Part shown: in pieces, positions 36,501-48,000 of the stretch
How positions within the stretch are numbered: the stretch's first letter is position 1
Layout of the letters: each line of letters begins with the position of its first letter
Source: Vicugna vicugna
Taxonomy: Eukaryota
NCBI GenBank assembly: GCA_013265495.1
Contig: MU057887.1
Coordinates: forward strand, 1,313,985-1,377,984
DNA: 64,000 bases
Direction: 5' to 3'
Position numbers and translations under genes: made by a program
The notes under the pieces: model-generated
Database searches by the model: none
What the model was told of the DNA's origin: nothing
Seen by the model: only the letters and a program-made list of their open reading frames with translations

Positions 36501-39500
36501 AGGGAGCCTGGGGAGGGAGGAGGGCTCTAAGTGGAAACAGGGTGTGTCAGAGTTGGGTTGGCGATAGACAGCTATTCGTTTACTGAAAAGTAGCAGGACA
36601 CCAATGACACCCAATACGGTGCTGGCCGGCCCTGGGCCAGCCCTCGGGGCTGGGGTGGCGGGGAGGGTGGCGGCGGCAGGCCACCCACTGCAGTGCTGGC
36701 CAGCCGTGGGGGCCGGGGTGGCGGGGAGGGTGGCAGCGGCAGGCACTCGCACCTTCATGCAGCCCCGGAAACCACGGCGCACGGAGACCTTGTCTTCAGA
36801 CACGCCACCCACGATGATGCTCCTCATTCTCAGCCCGGGAAGCTGGTTTCCAATCTGCACCGTCTCCTGCACAAGAAAAGGGGGAGACTTCCACCATCCG
36901 GAAACTTCTGCCTGGGAGGAACGTGCTCAAAGGCTGACACACAGTCTGGCAGGCAGACTCCCCACAGCCCGGGGACATCTGTGCCTCCAGACAGGACCCA
37001 GCTCAGCCTGCTTATGGAGAACACAGCTGTCCGTGTGGGACGGGCGGGGTGCAGGAGCCAGGCCAGGGGACACATGTCTGCACCCTGGCCCAGCCCAGAT
37101 GGGCAGCTGGGGGTGCCACAGGCAACCCTCCCATCTCTGCGATGGGTGCCACTAACGGGCCACTGTTTGCGAAAGCTTGGGAAGCTAGGAAGGTGACAGT
37201 GAGTAGAGAACATGTCCACGGTGGCAGGACTCTGGGAAGGTCTCAGCCGGATCCTCAGGCTCAGGAAGACATGCACGTGGAACACGACAGCTGCTTATTC
37301 CCAGAACCAGACGTCAGATGAGCCTGGACTCCAGAAGCACTTAAGAATCACAAGTGGCCCCTCAAGCGTGTGGGTGTCCCGTAAGCACGCCTGGTGTTAC
37401 CTGGCTGTGAACCCGAGAAACCCGGCGTGGCTCAGCAAGCACTGAGTGCGCCCTGCCGGAGCGCCCCCTGCCTATCTCGGGTGGCTGCACCTCGTGGTGT
37501 CCCACAGCCCCCTCTGGGGCCTGAGTGCTACTGCTCACCCACCCGTATCCTCCTCTGTACCCCAGAGCCCTGAGTGTGCAACTGTGGCTCAAGACAGCTT
37601 TGCTAAAAGAAACTGTGACGGTGGGACACACAGATGGACCAAGACCAGTTCCTGGCTCCGGGAGCTGACATCCAGAAAGGGGGTGAGGTGCGGACTCTGG
37701 TGACCTCAGCATAAGGAGGAACAGGAGGCCCAAGTTCAGGGGGGCCCAGGAAGCACTTCCCCAAATCCACACGGGCCTGGCGGGTCCTGGCACACGGAGG
37801 GGCCCCTCCGTTCTCCCACAGGCCCAGTGGAGGGGTCTCTTCTGAAGAGGGTACAGGCGCCAGCTCACCTGGTCCATGCCATAGTCCAAGGTCATGACTG
37901 CCAGGTACTTGATGTCTTTGCCCTCCTTGGCGCTCTTCAGTTCTACCAACAGGTGGTGCCACGCCCCATCGGTCACGCGTGACCTGGACAGTCGCATGGA
38001 CACCACATCAGAGGGGCCGTGGGACACCTCAAACTGGACATAGTTGTTCAGGATCTGTAGGACAGGGAGAGCTACACTGGTGACTGAGGTGATGACAACA
38101 AAATAAAATAACAAAGCCATGCAAACAGACGCACTGGATCAAAACGGACCTAAAAATTAGGCAAAGTTTGATTTGTGGCTGTTGGCTGTAACACTCCTCA
38201 GAATTACATGCCTGTGGGGGGAGGGTAATAGCTCAGTGGTACAGCAGATGCTTAGCATGTACGAGGTCCTGGGTTCAGTCCCCAGTATCTCCATTAAAAA
38301 AAATTACATGCCTTTTTCTACGGTAAGAAGTGTCAAACGGTGACAGAGTTCAAGTCAGATGAAGCCCATTAGACTTGAGTATGTGGAACAACCACAGATT
38401 CAGGTGACTGTATTAAGCTCTTATTTGGGGTATGAATGTCACACTTTATGAGACAAGATTCAGGCCACCATGTTCAGATATATGTATGAAAAAAACAAAA
38501 ATCAGCATAGCAACTGGCCTAAGATGTTCTTGCTTTAAGAAAATGTAACCAGGGCAATGCTGAGATCACGTCTCCCTTTCCCCAGTGGAGGCCTGGGTAG
38601 TTTGGACCAACCCTCCTCCTGAGAACACCTAGAAAAATGAGACAAAATGTTGCAGCCCACCTGTCTAAGGCATCAGAGTGACTCAAGTCACTGCAAGTTA
38701 GAAAATAGAAATCTGCAGAAAGGAGCTTAGGGCTTTGCCATACAATTGTCAGCTGGTTCTGGAAGGCACAGCTGAGACTGAAAGATGAGCAAAGCTTTCT
38801 CGGCTCATGGTGCTGGGAGGATAGAAACTGGAATTCAGAGCCTGCCCAGGGTGGGAGCTGCCAACCAGAAGCAGACATGAGGGATAATGACACCATCATC
38901 CTAGTTTCGAATTCTCTCTAGTTTTTCTACATGATGTCCAGCACTCAATCAAAAATAACCAAGTACCTGAGGAGACAAGAAAGCATACTTGAAACAGACC
39001 CATGGGAATCCAGACCATAGAATCATCAGACACAGACCTGAAAATAATCATGGGAACCATAGACCTTTCAATGAAACAGATTCAGGTGACCAATATTTCT
39101 GGATGTAAATGTTCCATTTCATGAGATAAGATTCAAGCTACCATGTTTAAATACATGTGAGAAATATGAAAAAACAGCATTGCAACTAACCTAAGATACT
39201 CATGTTAATAGATAACTTCAGGGGGGAAGGTATAGCTCAGTGGTAGAGTGTGTGCCTAGCATGCATGAGGCCCAGGGTTCAGTCCCCAGTACTGCCATTT
39301 AAAATCAATCAATCAATCAATCAACCTGATTACCTCCCCTCACTAAATAAATAAATAAAAATTTAAAAAATTTTTAAAGAAGAAAAAAGATAACTTCAAT
39401 GAAAAGAGCAGATTTAAAAAAAACTATTAGTGTACTGCTTAAAAGAGAGGCACCTGAAATATAACAAAACAGAAACATTGAAAGAAAAAAGATAGAAAAA

Positions 39501-41990
39501 GATAAACACCAACAAAAAGCTGGTGTAGCTATATTAATATGAGACAAACTAGACTTTGAGGCAAAAATAAGTACTAAAGATAAAGAGGACTTTTGTCATG
39601 ATAACAGAGTCAATATTCCAGAAAAATAAAACAACTCTAAATTTGTATGTGCCTAATAACATAGCCTCAAAATCTACAAAGCAAAAATTGACAGATATAA
39701 AGGAAGAGATAAAGTCACAATCAAGACTGGAGATTTTTAACTCACTTCTCTCAGTAACTGAGCAAACAGACAAAAAAAAAAAATCAACGATCCAGAAGAT
39801 TTGAATGCCACGCGAACAAACATCACCTGCTTGACATATATCGAACACCACAGGACACAACTGCAGGGCATACATTCTTTCCAAGTACAGGTGGGACATT
39901 CACATAAAAGACTAAATGCTGGGCTGTAAAGCAAGTCTCAACACATCTCACAGGTCTGAAATCATACAGGGTACCATTCTCTGACCTACAATTATGCTAG
40001 AAACAATAATAAAATGATTTACCAGAAAATGCCACCTGTTTGCTAATTGAAAAATATACTTGTAAATGCCTGATGGGTCAAAGAAGAAATCATGATGGAA
40101 AACAGAAAATATATTTAACTGATTATACAGATAATGCAACTAATAATGTACTTTGATTTTCAGTATGAATCGATAGTTGAAGAAGGTAATTTTTCACCTT
40201 TGTACATTTTGTTTCCTTTCGTTCCCCAGAAGTCTAAGTCAACTCATTACCTTTCCTCGCCGTTCCATTCTCTTTCACTGTCCTTGCTAACAAAACCCCA
40301 CAGCCAGCAGATCAACAATGAGGTGACGGATGTCTCCAAACAAAAGCAGTGCCTGCGGAACGATCCCAGGACGGTGGCAGTACCTGCCACCTGTGATCTG
40401 TCACCGGATTTAACAGCAGCCAGCTTATCCCACTTGACAATGCAGGTGGACGTAGGGCGCCTGAGAGCAATTTCCCAAATTGCTTGGGCTGGAGGATGAG
40501 CCTGTGGCTTGTGTGGCCTGCCGTGGAGGCCAGGAACACCTCGACTGCTGCCCCAGAGCTCGCGGGCCCGTGGGAGGCCTGCATTCCACACGCGTCGTGT
40601 GGGAATAACCCGGAACACTCCTGCAACCCTGGCTGGCCAGCCTGTGGGAACTGCCCTGGGGCGGCCTTCTGGGTGGCCACTGGGGTCTGGAGGATCCTCC
40701 CAAGGTCACCACTCCTGCCACCCAGCCTTCCTCAGGGAGGGGCTGGCCATAGTCCCTGGCAAAAAAACTTCATTTTTGGCTTAGCTACCCATAACGCAAT
40801 TACTCAAACAATACGGGAGTTTGTGGCTTCTGGGGCTGTTCCTGCGGACAGCGTACTTTTTCCTACAGAGACCCCACTGCCAAATGACAACTGCCACATT
40901 CTAATTCATCACCTCAATCAGCCAATTTAATTTGCCCCAACGGTGAAACACCACAGAGGAAAACACCACCCCAGGCAGAGCTGCGCTTGCCAAGTGCTGG
41001 CCAGAGCCAGCTCCAGGGCCGCCTGGTAAACTCGTAAAATTGCTGGTTAATAAGGGAAAGACAATGACAGCTGTAATTATCCCGGACTCACAAACCGCCT
41101 TCAGTGCGACCTGAGCGAGCCTGTGCTGGAAACAATCCTCAACGGTGACTCGGGGAGGGGACAGGTGGAGGTGAGGGACACGTGGGAGGTGGGGGGACAG
41201 GAGCGAGGTGGGGAGGCGGGTGGAGGGCGCAGAGAAGGAGACACCCCCAGGCTCTGAGCCCCCAGTCCCTGCCGGAGCAGAGTCAGTCAGGCCTCTCTGG
41301 GATCCTGTCTTGATCTGTGAGTCTGCAGCCTCCCAACCTGCTCGCCGGGAGTCCTCGGAGTCCTGCCCCGCTGACTCCTGACAGTGCGCTCACGGGGCGT
41401 GGGCAGTGCTCTGTCCCCTCCCTGTCCGGTCCTGTCACATGGAAGCACTTCCAGATGCACAGCCCACAGGGACGACGGGAGAGGGTCCTGTGGACACGGC
41501 AGGACCTGGGCGACGATGAGCCAGGGGACCTGGAGCTCGGAGTTTCTGGCTTCACGAGGGATTGCACCCCCGACCGTCTGGCCCAGCGCAGCCTCCCTGT
41601 CTGGGAATGGAGTCCACTCTGCGCTGGCCAGAGCACCAGGTCAGTCCCAGGGCCCCGGCGAGAGAAGAGATGGCACACAGCTCGGTGCGGACACAGGGCT
41701 ACAGCAGAGGGGACCGGAGCTAGCTCTGGGAGGAACTTTCTGATGGTGGGAGCCCATCCACCTGAAGCAGGTGGTCCTGGGATGACAGTGGCAGGTTCCA
41801 GTGAGGCCTGGCCCGGAGGCAAAAGAGGAGGCGGGCAGAGGGGCAGAACGTCCCGGGGGTGAAGGGTGCAGGGAGGGGCCAGGGGCCGCGCTGGCTGAAG
41901 ACGACAAACGGCCTGCGAAGGAAGCCTGCCCTGCTCCCTGAGACGGTGTGCGCACAGGTCCGCCGAGTCCACGCGGTCACGGACATATGT

Positions 41991-42024
<34 letters not shown>

Positions 42025-45000
42025 TTGCAGGAAAGCCTGAAGGAAAGATAGGAAAAACAGCCCAGGGATGGAATCCTGCAAACCAAGACAGGGCGTCCTG
42101 CTTGGGCAAGACTCCCACAGGCCACTGCTGCATCCGGGGGCGGGTTAGGGGACAAGCCCATCTGAGAAGAGTCATCAGTGGACTTCCCAGGAGGGAGAAC
42201 CCTCTGGTGTGGCTTCCTGGATCAGAGCGGGCAGCGTTCACACAGAAACATCCCGTCTGTGGTCACTGCCTGGAGACGTGAGGACAGAGGACCAGCTCTC
42301 GGTGCAGGGCCTGGCCGGGCAAGCCTGCACCCACGCCTGGGAGGTCCCCGCCTGTGTTCGTGAAACCGCACCTCCTGGACCCTCCAGCATCTCAGGACCC
42401 CAGGCTGACAGCGAGGGCAGGAATTCCTCCAATTGCCTCCAGCGAGGACAGAGGGAGGTGGGGGGCAGCCTGATGGAAGACCTGGCGTGGGTCACAAATC
42501 AAAGTAGCACACTTACTTCCTCAAATGAAATGCCTGCAAGCTGGGAAGGGGCAAGGGGAGACCGGCTGGGACAGAAGAGAAACCCGGACAGAGAGCACCA
42601 GAATAAGCCCGTGCAACCCGCAGGAACTCCGCTCTCACGCAGCGTCTTCAACACACGGAACCGCAGAGACCAGAGAGGAGAACACACGCATGGTGATGCG
42701 ATTTTAGGAAGATTTTTAGGAAACTTGTAGCTGAGCATGACCTCTGGGCAATACGGGCACAGGAGCAGGAATCTCCACCGGTCGGCGAGGCCTGCTGTTC
42801 CCACCCGGAGGTGCTCACCACCCCACCGCCCGGAGGCCGGGGCTGCCGCCCGCAGCACAGCAGGGCTGAGGTTCGCTGCGGAGGAGCGGGGCCCCCAGCC
42901 CGCCCAGCCCTGAACTTACTCCATCTCTGGGAGTAAAGGAGAGAGAAGTGAGAGGCTCGGGGGGGCCAGGCTCCCGTGTGGCACTCTGCTTGCTTCACTC
43001 AGGTGCACACCTGCCGTGCAGGTGCCCGGGGTGGGACGTGGATCTCGCTCACCTGGAGATGGAGCCTGGAGGACACGCCCGCCGTGGCCTCCAGCAGCAC
43101 GCCGTCCTCCTTTCTGGTCCGGAACATGAGCCCCAGGTACCAGGGAACGGAGATGGTGACGTCCAGGTCGCTCCAGGACACGACACTCTCCCCGCTGAAG
43201 CGCTGGGGGTGGGGCATGACTGTGGGCACAGACGCCGAGACCGCTCAGAGTCACACGGGCCCCTGAGAGTCCTCCTCAGCTGCAGGGGAGGGGGGCAGGC
43301 TCCCGGGGAGGGGGGCAGGCTCCCGGGGAGGGGACGGAAGGAACCCTGGGCCTTTGTCATCTGAATGCAAAGGCGGGTCTCAGGCTTCCACTGGTGGGCG
43401 CTAGCTCTCTGAATCCAGGAGCCACAGCTCTGCAGAAGCCCACACCCCCCAGGACACTGGCCACCCTCCTGGGGAGTGAGGCTGAGGCCTGGGGGGTCTC
43501 AACCACAGCCAGGGGCTCTTAGGCTGGGTGGCAGGCAGAGTGGGACACCTCAGGAGACTGGGGTGCTGGGGGGCCCTGTGAGCCCAGCCTATCTGTCCCA
43601 GCCCACACCTGCTGGGCTGAGGGCCCTGGGGCCTGGCAGGGGCTGTTCTGAGCGCCATCCCCCAGTGGGACAGGGTGAGGCGGCTGTGCACCCTGCACAC
43701 GCACCTCAACCCTGCAGCCTGACTGGCCTCAGCTGGTGTCTGGGGTGAATTTGCAACCCCCAGGCTCATGGGCCACTGTTTCTCTGCTCCTGGTGATGGC
43801 ACAGAGATGGAAAGGCTGCTGGAGGCTCCCAGATGGTTTGGGGGGAACAGGGAAGTGGCAATGGGGGGATCTGCAGCCTCAACCAGTCTGTCACACTTGG
43901 AAAAGGCCTGGGTGCCAGACAGACCCGCAGGCAGGCCTGATGCTGAGTCAAACTAGCTTCCTCATTTTGCCTCCAGACACCTGCGCATCGCAGGCAGCTG
44001 TCCACCCCAGGACCTCACCCTAATCGCTCCAGATGAGACTGCACGGTCATCACGACGAGGTGTGAGAGGCCAGACCAGCAGCACAGGGCATGCCAGGTGG
44101 GGCTGCCTTCGGGGGCAACAGCCTTGTGAGCACCAGGCATCTGTTTCCTGCTCTTAGGAGCCCAGACCTGTTTTTCCTGGCACTGTCGAAGCCGGACCTG
44201 GGGCCTCCATAACAGGAACCCGGGGGCATGGGCAGCCCCGCCGGCACTGTGTCCACCCAGGCATGCCGCCCCTCCCTGTGACCTGAGCTTCCTGCACATG
44301 GTGGTCAGCCGGGGCTGGGCCTGACCAGTCCACAGGGCCCAGATGAGCCCGCCCACCTGCTGCCCGGAAAACAGAACTTCAGGCCTTGAAAGTGCACGGT
44401 GCTTTGTACACAAAGAATCAGGCCCTGCCCGGTAAGTCCGCCCCGACAGGGATCGTGGCTATAACACAGTTCCATGTCACGTGCCTCGGCCCCGGCAGTA
44501 ACAGCCCTGGGCAGGGTGGACTGCCTGGCGCAGGTGAGCCCCGCCTGCTGGCTCCACCCCGTCCCCCTGCCCCGACCCAACGCTGCTCTCCTCCAGAACA
44601 TTCTGTCCCGGTTCCCACCTATTTCTGCTTCATCGACTCCTTTGAGAATCGGAGAAAAGTCGTGGACACCATCCCCCTAAAAGAGTCACACTGGAACCCC
44701 CAGCCCACCCCGTGGGGCGAGGGGCCGCGGTGAGGGGCGTCTGACTTCTACAGAGAGGCCGTGGGCTGGGGCCAGAGGGCGGCTCCAGGCAGCACTTCTC
44801 CTGGCCATCAACTTGCTACTGAGCTCCGGGCATCTCCAAGGCGGACCCAGGGAGCACGCCCAAGCTTATCTGGCTTCGATCTACCCCTTTTGGCTTACCT
44901 TAAACTTAAAGAGCGTCAATGATTTTTAAAATGATGACTCTTATTTAACACTGCATTGCTTCAAAAGGAGCGAACTGTTTAAAACCTGCCAGAGTCTGTA

Positions 45001-48000
45001 ACTGCAAGGGCGGGGCTGGGGAGAGGCCCTGCCTTTGATGCCCACAACACGGTCCAGCAGGGAAGCAGCCAGCTGGAGGAACCCCCAGGGCGGTGAGAAG
45101 GGGCATGGGGGTGTCGGGCCTGGGAACCTGCCCCTTCAGGCCTCGGGGTGCCTGTGAAGCTGGCTGCCGCCACCAAGAGACCCAGCCAGGCCCCACCTCC
45201 CTTCTCTGACCCTCCTGAGCTCCCAACGTCACGCTGGCCCTGCTCAGACAGGGTGCTGTGTCCTGCACACCCATCCTGGAGCCCCCAACCCCGCTCCAAC
45301 ATCCCCCGCCCTGGTGCCCCCAGGAACCTTCTCAGCCTCACCCCAGCCCAGGTCCTGTGCCTGCTCCCACTCGCCACCGGACCCAGGCCTGGGGACACAC
45401 GTGCCCTTGGAGGCTGCGGGCCCTGGCAGTTAAGGCCCACCCGAGTGACCCCGGCCCTGACGCCAGGCCTCACCTTGCTCACAGTTCTTCCCGCCAAAGC
45501 GGAGCGGGCACTCACAGACATACGTGTTCCAGCCGCTGACACAGGTGCCCCCGTTCTGACACCAGCTCCCCTCGCAGAAGTTCCTCTGGGCAGTGCAGCC
45601 TGGAAACAGCGTGCGTGGCATGGTCCCGGTGCGGGGAACAGGGGCAGGTGGGGGTGCGGGGCACTGTCACTGTGTCCTAGCACCCACGCTGTGGGAAACG
45701 TGCCCGGTGGACACAGCGGGAGGGCAGGCAGGCAGGCCCGGGACCCCCGGAGCATCAGAACATGAGACCTGAACTTGCACGAGGCGTGCTGCCCACGTCC
45801 AGAGACTCTGGGGCTCCGGGCCATCCACCAGCTGCCCAGGCCATCTGGTGACCTGCTCAAGGCCATGGGACCGAGTGACCAGGTCCGGCTGGGCCCGCCC
45901 ACAGCTTCACCGCCACCCAGCAGGACCCCAGACACAAGAGCAGCTGGGCGCACATGGGCTTGGCCCCAGGAAGTCACTGCCCAGGACGTGGAGGCGGCCC
46001 TCCCGCGCGGCCGCCGCAGCCCCCACAGCCCCCACAGCCCCCCCGCAGCCCTGGTGGGTGGCCCTGCCTTACCTGCCCTGGTGCCATTGTTGGCAATGAA
46101 GCTGGCCATGTCCACCTTCCTGCCGTCAATGGACAGGTTCCGCATGCAGCCCACAAACTGCCGGTTGTGCACGGGGAAGTCCTCGGGCAGGTTGGGGACG
46201 CCCCCCAGGAGCAGAGGGCCCGTCAGATCCAGGGACCTGTGGAGGCAGCACCACCCTCTGTGATGGCCGGGTGGGGAGGGGCGGCCTGACCCCACGGGGG
46301 CCTCTGCCGCTGGGCACGCTCGCCGTCTGAGCAGATGGAGGCCAGGCAGGCAGGTGGCCGGCAGGTCCGAACACACCCGGCAGATCCCACTCCTGGTGCC
46401 ACCACTGGTTTCCCCCAGCTTGCGCCAGAGCCTGACAAACTGGACGTCCCGGGCGGCTGCCCCCGAGTCCTGCCCGCTGGCTGAGCCAGTCCACACGGGA
46501 ACGGGACGTACAGAGCCAGTGGCGCCACATTCCCCTGGCCTCTAATGACCTGCAAGGGAGGTCGCAGCAAACCAGGACCCTGGATCTGTAGGAGCAGCCG
46601 CGTGGCTTCGGGCAGGGGCCGAGCGGCTCCAGGCCCAGCTGTCTTATCAGCAGGACGGGCGTGGTCCCACCTCCATCTCAGCTGGGGGATCCGACCAAAC
46701 AGGCCTATTTCCCACCCAGTGCTCAGGGTGGACCAGGCTCATCGGACTGCGGTCTCCCAAAAGCTTATTAAATATCCCACCAAAACACAATCAGGAATGA
46801 CTCGAACAAGAACCTTCGCTCTGAGGTTTGAAGCTGGTGTTACAAAAATAGAAACACGGCAATGGCCACTGAGGTCCATGTCAGCACCTCTCTGCCCTGA
46901 GTTAGGATGGGCCCCAGGGGACCTCTGGGCCAGAGGGTGACACGGCCACTGTGATAATGGAGGGAGGTCGCTGACTCAATGCTGAGTCATGGGGACCAGT
47001 ACTTACGAGGACAAAGTCAGGGATGCATGGAGACAGGCCTGGGGATGGGTGGCTTCCAGGGCCAGCAAGCTGGCCATCACATCCCTGGGGCTGGCCTGTC
47101 CACACTTTGGCAGTTGTGTCAAAGGGGACTTATTCTAGAAAGTTCTACTGTGTTGGAGGAAAGGGGACAGAATCTGACTCCAGGCAGATTGGGGCCACCG
47201 GGGTGCTGGGCCCAGAGTGCCACGTCGGGGACCCGCCCAGTGGAACCCCTTTTGGAGCAGTGGCTGTGGCGGGTGGACACGAGGGCCTCCCTTCCCGGGA
47301 CACTCACTTCTTGGAGCCGCTCTGAGTGCCCTGTGCTGCACAGCTGTAGTTGCCGACAAAGCTGCCAAAGCGCACGGCCACGGCCGTGTCACAGTCGTCC
47401 ACGGTCACCACCGCCACCTTCTCTCCGGACGGCCCGTGGGGCAGGCCCAGGCGGCCGATGTGGGGCTGTGGGAGAGAACGCACCAGAGGCGTCAGCGGGT
47501 TCTCCAGCCCCAGCACACGCCCGCGCCCCGCCGGGGAGGAGGACACGTGTGGGGAGGAGCCCCCGGCCTCGTGGTCAGTTAGTCCCTGAACCAGCTGTAC
47601 TGGGTCAACAGTGAAGCCTCCAAGTTTATGTTTCTTCCCAGACCAGAACGTGACCTTATTTGGAAATAGGGTTTTGCAGGTGTAACTGGTTAGGGTGAGG
47701 TCATACCACGTAGCAGGGTGAACCCTTATCCAGCGTGACCGCTGTCCTTGTAAGACACAGAGACAGAGACACACAGGAAGGGTGTCGTGTGACAGCGGAG
47801 GCGGAGAGGATGCCCTGCAGTGATGCGGGCACAGGCACCAGCCAGGGGGCACCCAGGACCCGGCACCCCCAGCGTCTGGAGGAGATAAGGAGGACCCTTC
47901 CCTAGAGCCCGCGGGCAGCGAAGCCCTGCAGACTCCTCGGTTTCAGACTTCCAGCCTCCAGAACTGGAGGGGAATACATTTCTGTTGTTGCAAGCCCCCC

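Noticed and set aside
44979-46496. 505-aa minus-strand ORF as a separate gene
   Set aside because: It is exon 7 in frame plus stop-free GC-rich intron, and it crosses exon 8 in the wrong frame. The rest is low-complexity Pro/Gly/Arg/Ala.
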